Source: Acidobacteria bacterium RIFCSPLOWO2_02_FULL_65_29
Lineage (GTDB): Bacteria > Acidobacteriota > Vicinamibacteria > Vicinamibacterales > CAVVIG01
DNA length: 64,000 nucleotides
NCBI GenBank assembly: GCA_001767435.1
Contig: MEKT01000037.1
Span: forward strand, 25,840-89,839
Direction of reading: 5' to 3'
Position 1 is the stretch's first letter. Every line of letters starts with the position of its first letter. The notes below the pieces were generated by a model. The model searched no databases. It had not been told where the DNA came from and saw only the letters and a program-made list of their open reading frames with translations. Both the position numbers and the translations under genes were made by a program. This document shows positions 1 through 9,369 of the stretch, piece after piece.

Positions 1-667
1 CTACATCTCCTACTACTCGCAGGGAGGCGCCATTGCACTGGCGCTGGACTTGACGCTTCGCGATCGGTCGAACGGCGCGACCACCCTGGACGATTTCATG
101 CGCGCCATGTGGCGCGCGCACGGCAAGCCAGGCGGCACGCGCGAGGGGTACGTGGATCGGCCGTATTCCATCGCCGACGCCGAGGCGCGGCTGGCCGAGG
201 TCAGCGACGCGTCGTTCGCGCGGCAGTTCTTCGCCCGCTACATTCAAGGCCGGGAGGTCGCCGACTACCGGCCGCTGCTCTTGCGCGCGGGGGTCGTACT
301 GCGCCGGCCCAACGAGGGGCGCGGGTGGTGGGGCGACGTCCGCCTCGAGCTTCGGAACGGCGAGGTGCGCCTCGCCGAGGCGCCGGCGCTGGACACGCCG
401 GTGTACACGGCGGGCCTCGACGTCGGCGACCATCTGCGCCAATTGGGTGGTGGCAGGGTTGCAACGCCCGAGGACGTAGCGGTTGTCATGCGCCGCCACA
501 AGCCCGGAGACGCGATCGCAATCACGTTCGTCGATCGCTCTGGGGCGGAGAGGAAGGCCATCGTGACGCTTCGCGAGGATCCGCGGCTCGAGCTCGTGAC
601 CCTCGAATCCACGGGCGCGCCGCTCACCGCGGCGCAAAAGACGTTTCGACAGAGCTGGTTGAATTAG
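1..667 (+). CDS. M61-type (glycyl aminopeptidase-like) peptidase, C-terminal fragment with PDZ-like module; 5' end outside window
   Basis: The frame is open from the window edge to TAG at 665-667. The translation ends in a PDZ-like segment (GDHLRQLGGGRVATPEDVAVVMRRHKPGDAIAITFVDRSG). Family call is from memory. Confidence 0.55.
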   Translation, partial: YISYYSQGGAIALALDLTLRDRSNGATTLDDFMRAMWRAHGKPGGTREGYVDRPYSIADAEARLAEVSDASFARQFFARYIQGREVADYRPLLLRAGVVLRRPNEGRGWWGDVRLELRNGEVRLAEAPALDTPVYTAGLDVGDHLRQLGGGRVATPEDVAVVMRRHKPGDAIAITFVDRSGAERKAIVTLREDPRLELVTLESTGAPLTAAQKTFRQSWLN

Positions 668-693
668 ATCGGCTCTCAGCTTTCAGCCCGTGA

Positions 694-753
694 GTCAACA
701 GTTCACAGTTGACAGTTCACAGCAGCGACAACTGTCAACTGTCGACTGTGAAC
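694..753. terminator. Imperfect long palindrome between convergent genes (candidate bidirectional terminator)
   Basis: gttcacagttgacagttcacag (701-722) is complementary to ctgtcaactgtcgactgtgaac (732-753) at 20 of 22 positions. It lies between the stop at 665-667 (+) and the stop at 785-787 (-). Confidence 0.4.
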
Positions 754-784
754 TAGACGTGAGACCTGAGCCTGTGAAGTGTGC

Positions 785-2398
785 TTACCGGCCAAACAGC
801 ACCCCCGGCGCCATCTTCCACTCGGGATCGATCGCGCGCTTGACCCGGCGCATCTCTTCGATGCCAGCCTCGCCGTACATCATCCGCAGCAGCTCCTGCT
901 TCACCAGGTTTCTGCCGACGCCGTGCTCGGCGAGCGGCGCGCCGCCGAGCCGCAGCACCTCGCGGCCGCAGGCCAGGATCGCCTCTTTGCCGGCTTCCAC
1001 ATCGGCCAACGAGCGTGGAATGACGTTGGGGTGCAGGTTGCCGTCGGAGAGGTGCCCCCAGACGGCGGTATCGAGGCCGCGCCGCGCGAACTCACGGTCG
1101 ACGATCGTCAGCAGCTCGTCGAGCCTGTCGAAGGGCACGATCAGGTCGGCCGCCGTCTTTTCGATGCGCGCGTCACCGGCCCGCTTCGCGCGGCCCACGC
1201 GCTCGTTGACCGCGAATGGCACGGCCTCGCGCACAGCGAGGAGCTGATCGGCGCGGGCGCGATCGCCGGGCACCGCAATCTCGACCTCGTCGAGCACCCC
1301 GGCGTCGGCGAGGGCCGAGCAGAACCGTACGAGCGCAGTGTCGGGCGGATGCGGATCGCGCGAACGGCCGATTTCGTCGAACGCCTGGTCGGAGCGCGTG
1401 TCCGGCGGCAGCTCGAGCGTCACGAGCAACGCGATCTCCGTGCCAGAGGGAACGCGGACCCCTTGCGCGCGGTCGACGCCATCTTCCATGATGAGCGCCA
1501 GGCTTCGCGCGTCCATGTGTTCTATTGCCGCCACGTCCACCCCGCGCGGGTCGCGGCTTCGCCTCGTCTCGTGTGCGACATCCCGGAGCCGACGCGCAAG
1601 CTCGAGCGCCGCGCGGCGCGTCGCGAACGGCACGAACGCCAAGCACACGGCCGGCCGCACCGGCAGCACACGCAGTGTCGCGGCCGTGACGACGCCGAGC
1701 GTGCCCTCCGATCCGATGAAGAGGTCGATGAGGTCCATGCCGCTCGCGGCGAAATAGCCGGCCGACAGCTTCGGCACTGGCGGCATCCGGTACGTGGGCA
1801 CGTTCACCCGGATCGGGCCGCTCGCGAGAGCCAGGTCCAGCTCGAAGTAGCCGTCCGCATGCGCCAGCGTGGCGCCTCTCTCGATGTCGAGCACGTCGCC
1901 GCCCGGCAGAACGACCGTGAGCGCCTCGACCCACGTCCGCGTGCTTCCGTACTTGAACGTGGCCGCCCCGGCCGCGTTCGTCGCGATGGTCCCGCCGACG
2001 AACGCCCCCGCGAAGGTCGGCCCCGGCGGGTAGTAGCGTCCGGCGCGTTCGAGCGCGCGATCGAGCTCGGCGATGCTCACGCCGGCCTGTACGCGCACGC
2101 AACCTGCGCCGATCGACTCGATGCGATTCAATCGGGCCGTGCTGAGCAAGCGTTCGCCCATTGGCGTGGCCCCGCCCGTGAGCGACGACTGTGCGCCGAT
2201 GGGAAGCACCGATGTGGAACGGCGCAGAAGGTCGGCGACCTGGGCCTCCGACGCCGGCAAGGCCAGCTCCCTGGCGTGGCCGCCCGGGAAGTGCGCGGCG
2301 TCCTCGAGGCGGGCGCCGACCAGGTCGGGGTCGCGTTCAATCCGCACCGATCCGGGATCGCCTTCGGGCCTTCTGGCGCGGAGCGCATGGGCAGCCAC
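785..2398 (-). CDS. FAD-linked oxidase (GlcD / D-lactate dehydrogenase family)
   Basis: 537-aa ORF. FAD_binding_4-like N-half (PIGAQSSLTGGATP, GGTIATNAAGAATFKYG) and C-terminal oxidase half (HLSDGNLHPNV, PLAEHGVGR). Confidence 0.85.
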   Translation of the reverse strand: MAAHALRARRPEGDPGSVRIERDPDLVGARLEDAAHFPGGHARELALPASEAQVADLLRRSTSVLPIGAQSSLTGGATPMGERLLSTARLNRIESIGAGCVRVQAGVSIAELDRALERAGRYYPPGPTFAGAFVGGTIATNAAGAATFKYGSTRTWVEALTVVLPGGDVLDIERGATLAHADGYFELDLALASGPIRVNVPTYRMPPVPKLSAGYFAASGMDLIDLFIGSEGTLGVVTAATLRVLPVRPAVCLAFVPFATRRAALELARRLRDVAHETRRSRDPRGVDVAAIEHMDARSLALIMEDGVDRAQGVRVPSGTEIALLVTLELPPDTRSDQAFDEIGRSRDPHPPDTALVRFCSALADAGVLDEVEIAVPGDRARADQLLAVREAVPFAVNERVGRAKRAGDARIEKTAADLIVPFDRLDELLTIVDREFARRGLDTAVWGHLSDGNLHPNVIPRSLADVEAGKEAILACGREVLRLGGAPLAEHGVGRNLVKQELLRMMYGEAGIEEMRRVKRAIDPEWKMAPGVLFGR

Positions 2399-2474
2399 GG
2401 CGGTCTATTATGATTGGCTGCGGTTCATTTTCGTGGCGCCGGCTCAGGTTGTTGAGGCCCAGGGGAGTACAACA

Positions 2475-2627
2475 ATGGGACCACGGGGACTCGGAGACGT
2501 TGCGGAGGCGGAGCATCGAGAGGTCAGCGCGCTCGACCACCCGCTGAACAGCTCGTACGTCCGCGTGCTGATCATCGAGGTGGTCCTCGTCGTGCTGCTC
2601 TTCCTCCTCGGACGGATGTTCCGGTGA
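2475..2627 (+). CDS. Possible 50-aa single-pass membrane peptide upstream of the symporter
   Basis: ATG at 2475 preceded by aggggag (2461-2467). The C-terminal half is hydrophobic (VLIIEVVLVVLLFLLG). It ends 22 nt before the symporter start. No family recognised. Confidence 0.3.
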   Translation: MGPRGLGDVAEAEHREVSALDHPLNSSYVRVLIIEVVLVVLLFLLGRMFR

Positions 2628-2649
2628 GCGGCCGCCGACCGTCGTAAAG

Positions 2650-4299
2650 ATGCATCCCATCGACTGGCTGATCGTTGTCGTGTATTTCGTATGGGTCGTG
2701 ACCGACGGCCTTCGGCGGACGAAGAATCGAGACCGGATCGAAGGCTATTTTCTAGCGAGCCGATCGCTCCCGTGGTGGGTGGCGGGCCTCTCGGTGATGG
2801 CGACGCAGCTGAGTGCGATTACGCTCGTCGGCACCACCGGCCAGGGCTACGCCACGGGCCTGCGGTTCATCCAGTTCTATTTCGGCCTGCCGCTGGCGAT
2901 GATCCTTCTGTCGCTGACGCTCGTCCCGTTTTTTCATCGCGCCAAGGTGTACACCGCCTACGAGTACCTCGAGCGCCGCTTCGACGCGCGGACGCGATCG
3001 CTCACGAGCTTCCTGTTTCTGATGAGCCGGGCGTTCTCGCTGGGCGTCGTGATCGCCGCGCCGGCGGTCGTGATTTCGGCGATGCTCGGCTGGGGCATTC
3101 CGATGACCGTCGCGTTGTTGAGCGTGCCCATGGTGTTCTACACCGCCTTCGGCGGCGTGCAGGCCGTGGCGTGGACCGACGTCAAACAGATGGTGCTGAT
3201 CGTGTTCGGCGTCGTTGCGGCGGTCGTCGTTCTCTTCGTTGCGTTGCCCGAGGGCTTCGGCCTCCGACAGGTGCTCGCGCTGGCCGGATCGACCGGGCGG
3301 CTCGAGGCGCTCGACTTCCGGTTCGACGTCCGCGAGACCTACACGTTCTGGTCGGGGATGATCGGCGGGCTGTTCTTGATGCTCTCGTACTTCGGGTGCG
3401 ATCAGAGCCAGGTGCAGCGGTACCTGACGGCGAAATCGGTCGACGAAGCGCGCCGGTCGCTGCTCATGAGCGCGTACGTGAAGATTCCGCTGCAGCTGCT
3501 CATTCTCGGTACCGGCGTGCTGGTCTTCGTGTTCTACGTCTTTGTGACTCCGCCGATGCTGTTCAATCGCGTGCACGACCGACAGGTTGCCGCGGGTCCG
3601 CGCGCGGCGGAGTACGCCGCGCTCCAGCGCGAGTTTGACGACGCGATCGGGGAACGACGGGAGGCCGCGCGATTGGGAAACCGGAACGTCTTTCTCGCTG
3701 CCGATTCACGTGTGCGCGACATTCGTTCGCGCGCGACGGACATCGTCAAGGCGGCTACCGGCGACGACCGCTACACGGACGTCAACTACGTCTTCCCGAC
3801 GTTTATCACCACCCAGTTGCCCGTGGGCCTGGTGGGCCTGATGATCGCCGCAATTTTTGCCGCGGCCATGTCCACGGCGGCCGGGGAACTGAGCGCGCTG
3901 TCGAGTGCGACCGTCATCGATTTCTACCGCCGACATCTTGTGCAGAATGCCACCGATCGACATTACTTATCGGTGTCCAAGGTGGCAACGGCCGCGTGGG
4001 GAGTGTTCGCCTGCATCGTCGCGCTCTACGCCGCCGACCAAGGCTCGCTGATCGAGGTCGTCAACCGGTACGGGTCGCTCTTCTACGGCTCGATCCTGGG
4101 CGTCTTCCTGCTGGCGGTTCTGACGCGGCGGGCCACTGCGACGGGCGCTTTCTGGGGTCTGATCTCGGGGATGGCGGTGGTCGTGCTCGTGGCGTTCTGG
4201 ACGCCGGTCGCGTTTCTCTGGCACAACCTGATCGGCGCGGTGACGGTCGTGGTGATCGGACTGTCGATCGCGGCGTTTTCCAAGACAGGGGGATCGTAA
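2650..4299 (+). CDS. Sodium:solute symporter family (SSF) transporter
   Basis: 549-aa polytopic ORF with an SSF-type N-terminus (YFLASRSLPWWVAGLSVMATQLSAITLVGTTGQGY). Confidence 0.9.
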   Translation: MHPIDWLIVVVYFVWVVTDGLRRTKNRDRIEGYFLASRSLPWWVAGLSVMATQLSAITLVGTTGQGYATGLRFIQFYFGLPLAMILLSLTLVPFFHRAKVYTAYEYLERRFDARTRSLTSFLFLMSRAFSLGVVIAAPAVVISAMLGWGIPMTVALLSVPMVFYTAFGGVQAVAWTDVKQMVLIVFGVVAAVVVLFVALPEGFGLRQVLALAGSTGRLEALDFRFDVRETYTFWSGMIGGLFLMLSYFGCDQSQVQRYLTAKSVDEARRSLLMSAYVKIPLQLLILGTGVLVFVFYVFVTPPMLFNRVHDRQVAAGPRAAEYAALQREFDDAIGERREAARLGNRNVFLAADSRVRDIRSRATDIVKAATGDDRYTDVNYVFPTFITTQLPVGLVGLMIAAIFAAAMSTAAGELSALSSATVIDFYRRHLVQNATDRHYLSVSKVATAAWGVFACIVALYAADQGSLIEVVNRYGSLFYGSILGVFLLAVLTRRATATGAFWGLISGMAVVVLVAFWTPVAFLWHNLIGAVTVVVIGLSIAAFSKTGGS

Positions 4300-4500
4300 C
4301 GGCTGTCAGCCGTTAGAGCGCTTTTCATGCGCGTGTAGCGCGGGACTTCAGTCCCGCCTAGCGCTCGCCTAGCGCTCGCCTAGCGCCGGCCTATTGCAGG
4401 TCTAAAGACCTGCGCTACACGGAATCGAAAACGGCTCTAGCTGAGCTCTAGCTGTCAGCTTCGGACGCTGAAGGCTGATAGCTGATGGCGAGAGCTGCAA
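4298..4500. repeat. Cluster of hairpins and tandem words between convergent genes (REP-like)
   Basis: aacggc-tgtca-gccgtt (4298-4314); gcgggac-ttca-gtcccgc (4338-4355); three tandem ctagcgc(t/c)cgc units (about 4357-4391); gcaggtc-taaa-gacctgc (4396-4413); then gctctagctga / gctgatagctga words. Confidence 0.6.
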
Positions 4501-4506
4501 TTCAAA

Positions 4507-6006
4507 TTAGTATTTCTTCCAGCTGAACGAGCTCAACACCTGATTGCCCGCCACCCACATCTTTCTCTGCAGCTGGATGTCGTAGTGGACTGAGGCGCCA
4601 CCTGTGGCGGTGAGCTGCTTCAGAATCACAGCGCCATACCAATCCGCGCCGCCCGCGAAGCTTCCCGTGGCATTGGGCGCATACAACAGCGACGCCGTTT
4701 CGGCGCCGCCGGCCAGCGTGAGGTTGCCGGTCCCGCCGTAAATGAATTGCAGATTCTGTGGGTCGTAGGTCGGGTTGCTGATGCCCTGACCTGTCAGGGT
4801 GAGCGGGCTGGCGAGCTCTCCTCCCGCGCCATCCAACCCGGCGATCTTGAAAATGACAGGACCAGAATCGATGATGAGCTTCGAGTTGCCCATCTGCGAC
4901 AGGCTGTTGATGATGTAAGTCCCGGCCTTGAGATGGACCTCCGAGTTGCCGTTCGTCGTGATGTTGCCGAGCGACATGGTGCCGGGCGTCGCCGTGAGCG
5001 CGGGGTCGAGGGTCGCGCCGTTCGCGCTGGGCACGCACCACGGGGCGACAAGGCCCCCCGGACAACCGCCGCCCTGCGTGAAGCTGATGTTGTTGGTCGG
5101 CGGCAGCGGATCGGGTAGCGGCGGGACTGGAAAATCGATCGGCTGCGCGAGCTGCGTGAGCCCGTCGGTGATCGCCGCGTCGGCGGTGTCTTCCGCCGTC
5201 ACGTTGTTGGCCGTGCACGCGCCGACGCCGGACCGCGGCGTCGACAACGAGCCGTTGATGGTCGTCGTGTTGCCGACGTCGGTCAGGTTGCCGTTGGTGC
5301 CGACGTTGCCGCCGCCTTCGATGAGCACCGGCTCACCGCCGACGAGCGGGGATGCCGAGTTGTAGCTGTCGGTGGTCGCGCCGCCGGCGAACGACAGCGC
5401 CGCACAGCCGTTGAACGTGGCAAACGCCGCGTAACTGAAGGCGGGCACTTTCGTGTGCTCCAGATTCGCCGAGACCTCGGTCTCGGCGCTCCGGGCGCCG
5501 TCGATGCCGCCGATGCCGGTGATCTCCCACGTCACCAGCGTGACCGGCGTGGTGCTGTAGGCTGGGGTAATCTGCTGCATCGACAGCATCCGGGCCGTCG
5601 CGCGATACCTGGCGCTGCCATTGTCGTTCGCCAGCGTGCCCCTCGAATTTGCGATGAACGCGTCGCGCACGGCGTCCACCGGGTAGTTCGACGCCGCACC
5701 TTCAACGCTGGTCACGAAGACCGCGGCGCCGCCCGCTCTGATGACCGGCGCCTTCGTCATGTCGTATCCCACGAGCGGATCGGCGGCGTTGGTCCCAGGG
5801 GGCACGTAGGCGAACATCAGGTGGTTGGCGGCGGCATGCACGCCCGACTCGGCGGCGTAGCGTGCCTGCGACATCATCTTGTAGTTCTGGCTCGACCAGG
5901 TCTCGGTCTGCGAGACGAACATCAGCGAGACGCTGATCGTCGACAGCACGAGCACCATGAACATGGCCAGAATCAGCGCAATCCCCTGTTCGTTCGAGCG
6001 AGTCAT
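4507..6006 (-). CDS. PilX-like type IV pilus minor pilin / pilus assembly protein
   Basis: Start moved to ATG at 6006 (MTRSNEQGIALILAMFMVLVLSTISVSLMF), 11 nt after the upstream stop. It has a PilX-type hydrophobic N-terminus and a long Gly/Thr/Asn-rich beta-like C-terminal region. Confidence 0.7.
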   Translation of the reverse strand: MTRSNEQGIALILAMFMVLVLSTISVSLMFVSQTETWSSQNYKMMSQARYAAESGVHAAANHLMFAYVPPGTNAADPLVGYDMTKAPVIRAGGAAVFVTSVEGAASNYPVDAVRDAFIANSRGTLANDNGSARYRATARMLSMQQITPAYSTTPVTLVTWEITGIGGIDGARSAETEVSANLEHTKVPAFSYAAFATFNGCAALSFAGGATTDSYNSASPLVGGEPVLIEGGGNVGTNGNLTDVGNTTTINGSLSTPRSGVGACTANNVTAEDTADAAITDGLTQLAQPIDFPVPPLPDPLPPTNNISFTQGGGCPGGLVAPWCVPSANGATLDPALTATPGTMSLGNITTNGNSEVHLKAGTYIINSLSQMGNSKLIIDSGPVIFKIAGLDGAGGELASPLTLTGQGISNPTYDPQNLQFIYGGTGNLTLAGGAETASLLYAPNATGSFAGGADWYGAVILKQLTATGGASVHYDIQLQRKMWVAGNQVLSSFSWKKY

Positions 6007-6017
6007 GGAAGCGTTCC

Positions 6018-6971
6018 TCAAGGCAGCAGCGCGGTCACGCTGGCCGGCATCGGCTGCAAACGGCTGTTGATGTTCAGGCTGGCCATCTGCCAGACCTGAA
6101 ACACGTTCCGGGGTGATACGTTCAAGAGCGCCTTGGTTTCCATCTGAAACAAGCCCGTGACCGGATCGCGCCGTTCGGTCTGAACCGTCAGCGTCACGGC
6201 CACGTCGGTCACGTACGTCGTACCGGACACCGATACCTGCTGGTAGATGAAGCACGCCGCGCCGTCGGGGTTCGGCTGGACGTTGTTCAACAGCACTTGA
6301 GCCACCGTCGGCGGGTTCTTGACGCCCGCGGTGAAGGGCATCGAATTGCGATACAGGTTATTGGTGACGAGGGCATCGCAGGTGTACTCGACGTATACCA
6401 TGTTGCCGTCGCTGTTGATGTCCCCGAAAATCTTCAGCACCGTGTCGGTCGAGCCGTTCACCGTGCCGCTTGCCGCGGTTGGCACGACGCCCGAGGTAAA
6501 CCCGCCCTGCACGTCGACCGGCGTGTTCACGAGGTGATCGTTGACAAACACCCCGGAGATGATGAGACCGGCGATGGCTGTGATCTCCACGGTTTCCTGG
6601 CTGAGGCCCGCGTCGACGAGCACCTGCTCGCCGACGAAGAGACCCGTGACGTCGTTGACCGCCACCGGCTGTACGGCCACCCCAGTCGGATCCCCCACCA
6701 CGGGCGCCATCAACCACACGGCCTGCGGAAGGGCGATCCGGCCAGCCTGACCGATCTCCTGCTGCAGAAGCTCGGTCGCGTTCCGCACGCCGGCGTGCAT
6801 CTCCGAACGGTTGTGCACCGTTGCGCTGACCTGGGTGAGCTGCTGCACGCCGTTGAACACCGATGCCGACACAATCATCAGCACGGCCACCGCGATCATC
6901 AACTCGATCAGCGTGTAGCCTGTCTCCGAGCAGGCCCCTTGCAAACGTTTGCACCGCACCGAATACGTCAC
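6018..6971 (-). CDS. PilW-like minor pilin with prepilin N-terminal cleavage/methylation motif
   Basis: N-terminus ...SETG|YTLIELMIAVAVLMIV matches the type IV prepilin motif. Confidence 0.7.
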   Translation of the reverse strand: MTYSVRCKRLQGACSETGYTLIELMIAVAVLMIVSASVFNGVQQLTQVSATVHNRSEMHAGVRNATELLQQEIGQAGRIALPQAVWLMAPVVGDPTGVAVQPVAVNDVTGLFVGEQVLVDAGLSQETVEITAIAGLIISGVFVNDHLVNTPVDVQGGFTSGVVPTAASGTVNGSTDTVLKIFGDINSDGNMVYVEYTCDALVTNNLYRNSMPFTAGVKNPPTVAQVLLNNVQPNPDGAACFIYQQVSVSGTTYVTDVAVTLTVQTERRDPVTGLFQMETKALLNVSPRNVFQVWQMASLNINSRLQPMPASVTALLP

Positions 6972-6992
6972 AGGTCGTCCTCTTGGAAACGC

Positions 6993-7496
6993 TTAGAAAG
7001 GCGAAGTCTTCAGCGTGACGACGGTCGATCGCGGGAGTCGGCCGAGCGCGCCCACCTGCGTCCGGACAATCGCCGTCACCGTGATCCGTTTGAGCGTGGC
7101 CGTGACAGTCTCGATCCGCCAGGCACGCTCGTAGAACCAGTTCGCCGGGGGCGCGCCGCCGGCACCGGCGACCAGCGTCCCGTTGATGTCCAGGTAATCG
7201 ACGTAGAGGTCGACTGGCGCGGCCGGATCCGAGCTCCCACCGACCGTCAGTCCACTTCCGCCCGCCGCAGCCGCCGGGAACACCCGGGTATCTGAAATCG
7301 AATCGCTGAACGCGAGCGCCATGAGCTGCTCGAGCTTGTCCTGCGCGTACTCGGTCACGCGGGCCGAGAGGTGGCCCTGATTTTCCGTCTGTGACGTGGC
7401 GAGCACGCCGAGTGGCACCAGGCCGAGCGCCACGATCAGCAGAATGCTGAGCGCGAACACCACTTCGATGAGAGAGAAACCGCGCTGAGCTGTCAT
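6993..7496 (-). CDS. PilV-like minor pilin
   Basis: MTAQRG|FSLIEVVFALSILLIV prepilin motif. The ATG at 7496 overlaps the upstream stop (ATGA). An alternative ATG lies at 7508. Confidence 0.7.
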   Translation of the reverse strand: MTAQRGFSLIEVVFALSILLIVALGLVPLGVLATSQTENQGHLSARVTEYAQDKLEQLMALAFSDSISDTRVFPAAAAGGSGLTVGGSSDPAAPVDLYVDYLDINGTLVAGAGGAPPANWFYERAWRIETVTATLKRITVTAIVRTQVGALGRLPRSTVVTLKTSPF

Positions 7497-8083
7497 TGCC
7501 TGATCCATGCCACGGCGTTGGCGGGCGACCACCAGAGCCGCACAAGCGGCGTTGCGGTCAACGTCGTGGCGAAGACGCCGATACCGTTCGTGAGATAGAT
7601 CGCGTTGTCCCCAACGGGCGCACCGACCCCGTCCACGGGAATACCGCGCGAGTTGAACATGATGCACGCGCTGTTGCCGATGGCGACGCCGCCGTCATCG
7701 GTACAGGCCGCGGACTGCGCGATGGCCACCTGGGTGTCCGGTGGAGGAGTATCGAGGGTGCCGAATCCGAACTGCACGCCTTGCGAGAGCTGCGTGGGAC
7801 CGCCCTCGGTCACCCAGGTGTTGGCGGTCCTGTCCCAGAACTGCGTGAAGTAGGTGTTGTCGTCGAGCGTCACGAACAGGCGCGCACGGCTGAACTTCGA
7901 GGCCGCTCGCATTTTGACCACGCCGACCATCTGGGCGATCGCCCTCCCGTCGTTTCGCAGGCGCAAATCCTCGCTCGTCCGGAAAACACTCGGGAGAGCG
8001 AAAATCGCGATGATGCCCATCACGGCGACCACCGTCAACAGCTCAATCATCGAGAACCCGCCCTCGCCCTTCCTCTGGCGCAT
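7493..8083 (-). CDS. FimT/GspH-like minor pilin
   Basis: MRQRKGEGG|FSMIELLTVVAVMGIIAI prepilin motif. An alternative upstream ATG lies at 8140. Confidence 0.7.
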   Translation of the reverse strand: MRQRKGEGGFSMIELLTVVAVMGIIAIFALPSVFRTSEDLRLRNDGRAIAQMVGVVKMRAASKFSRARLFVTLDDNTYFTQFWDRTANTWVTEGGPTQLSQGVQFGFGTLDTPPPDTQVAIAQSAACTDDGGVAIGNSACIMFNSRGIPVDGVGAPVGDNAIYLTNGIGVFATTLTATPLVRLWWSPANAVAWIRQ

Positions 8084-8264
8084 ACGCCTCGGAACTGCAA
8101 AGCATGGTCCGATGCCAAAAAGTGACTTAACAAATTTCATTTGAATACTTTACAACCAAGATTCAGGACATGGTGGCGCCGAATCTATTGTGCCGTTTTA
8201 GAACACTGAATTACGATTCTGTCCTGACTCCCGAGTCCCTAGTCCCGAGTCCCTAGCCCCCGAT

Positions 8265-9185
8265 CTAGTTCACCGTTGCGCAGATGGCGTAGACGACGAG
8301 GTTCACCGAGCCCAGCGAAAAGGTCAGGTTGTTTCGCACCTCGGCCGACCAACTCCCTTGGGTATCGGGGTAAGACGAGGTCACCGTCGGGCCTGAAGCC
8401 AGTTGCGTGGTCTGCTGTACACCGCCGCCGAGCACGCGCGTTCCGGCCGGACACACCGCGCGCGCGCTCAGCTGTGCACCAGCGGCCAGGTTGCCGCTGT
8501 TGGCGGATCCCGTAAGGATCTGGTAGCCGCTGACGCCCGGTGCCCCTTGCGGTCCTGTCGGTCCGGTCGAGCCAATTGGCCCTTGCGCCCCAGTCGGACC
8601 CGTCGGACCAACGGGCCCCTGCGGCCCGGTCGCGCCAACTGCGCCTGTCGCTCCCGTCGGTCCGGCAGGTCCTTGTGGGCCGGTCGGTCCTGCAGGTCCC
8701 TGCGGTCCTGCCGGCCCTGCAGGTCCCTCGGGCCCTATCGGTCCGGCAGGTCCCTCTGGCCCGGCCGGTCCCGCTAGCGTCGAGGATCCCTCGATGGCAT
8801 CATGCTCGTACACGACGACCGCAAACGACGCTGACTCGTTCCGGCCGTGGCCGCGCGAGACCGTCAGCAGATACGTTCCTTCGGGCTGACTCCCCGAAAG
8901 GAAGGCGACGACTTGAAACTTGTCGGCCGACAAGACCGTCAGCGGCTCGAGATCCAGAGTGACATGCGGCGGTGGCACTGGCGACGAGGCGCCCCTCGGA
9001 GGCGGCCAGGCAAAGTTCACGCCTTTGATCACGAGGCGGTTGTTGGCGGGATCGAATTGCGTGCTTGTGATCACCAACTGCGGCACCGACTGGGGCGCCG
9101 CAAGTGCGGACACCGTCCCAAAGACGACGAGCCCGCCCGCCGCCAAGAGGTTGACCAAGGTTGGTTTCAGCGTCTTCATAGTCAC
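8265..9185 (-). CDS. Secreted collagen-like triple-helix-repeat protein
   Basis: Signal-peptide-like N-terminus ([17 protein letters not shown]). About 27 uninterrupted Gly-X-Y triplets (aa 139-219, nt about 8529-8771). The C-terminal globular domain is bracketed by Cys (AVCPAG...YAICATVN). Confidence 0.85.
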   Translation of the reverse strand: MTMKTLKPTLVNLLAAGGLVVFGTVSALAAPQSVPQLVITSTQFDPANNRLVIKGVNFAWPPPRGASSPVPPPHVTLDLEPLTVLSADKFQVVAFLSGSQPEGTYLLTVSRGHGRNESASFAVVVYEHDAIEGSSTLAGPAGPEGPAGPIGPEGPAGPAGPQGPAGPTGPQGPAGPTGATGAVGATGPQGPVGPTGPTGAQGPIGSTGPTGPQGAPGVSGYQILTGSANSGNLAAGAQLSARAVCPAGTRVLGGGVQQTTQLASGPTVTSSYPDTQGSWSAEVRNNLTFSLGSVNLVVYAICATVN

Positions 9186-9369
9186 ATTCCTCGAATAGCT
9201 GAGCCAAAGAGCAAGTTGCTCGCCAAGTCGATCCGGATCAGGTTAAGTCTATTGTTTGTCCGGCGATACGGTACGGCCCAACGTCCGAGCGGCGGCGAGG
9301 GCTCGCTCGGCGGGACCTCACGGAATTCGAGGGTGCGGTTACACAATTGAGCCAGAGCCGTCCTGCCGC

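Noticed and set aside
779-2413. Long ORFs antisense to or overlapping better-supported genes (also 9256-10788, 10736-12427, 14828-15901, 32856-34772, 35652-37070, 40379-41866, 46596-48467, 50952-52466, 60121-61383 and many Arg/Pro/Gly-rich shorter ones)
   Set aside because: These are typical shadow ORFs of high-GC DNA. Their translations are Arg/Ala/Pro/Gly-rich with no motifs, and each is fully covered by an opposite- or alternate-frame ORF with clear family signatures.
8529-8771. Collagen-like segment as non-coding simple-sequence DNA
   Set aside because: The strict Gly-X-Y periodicity is embedded in a 306-aa ORF that has a signal peptide and structured flanking domains. Coding is the better explanation.
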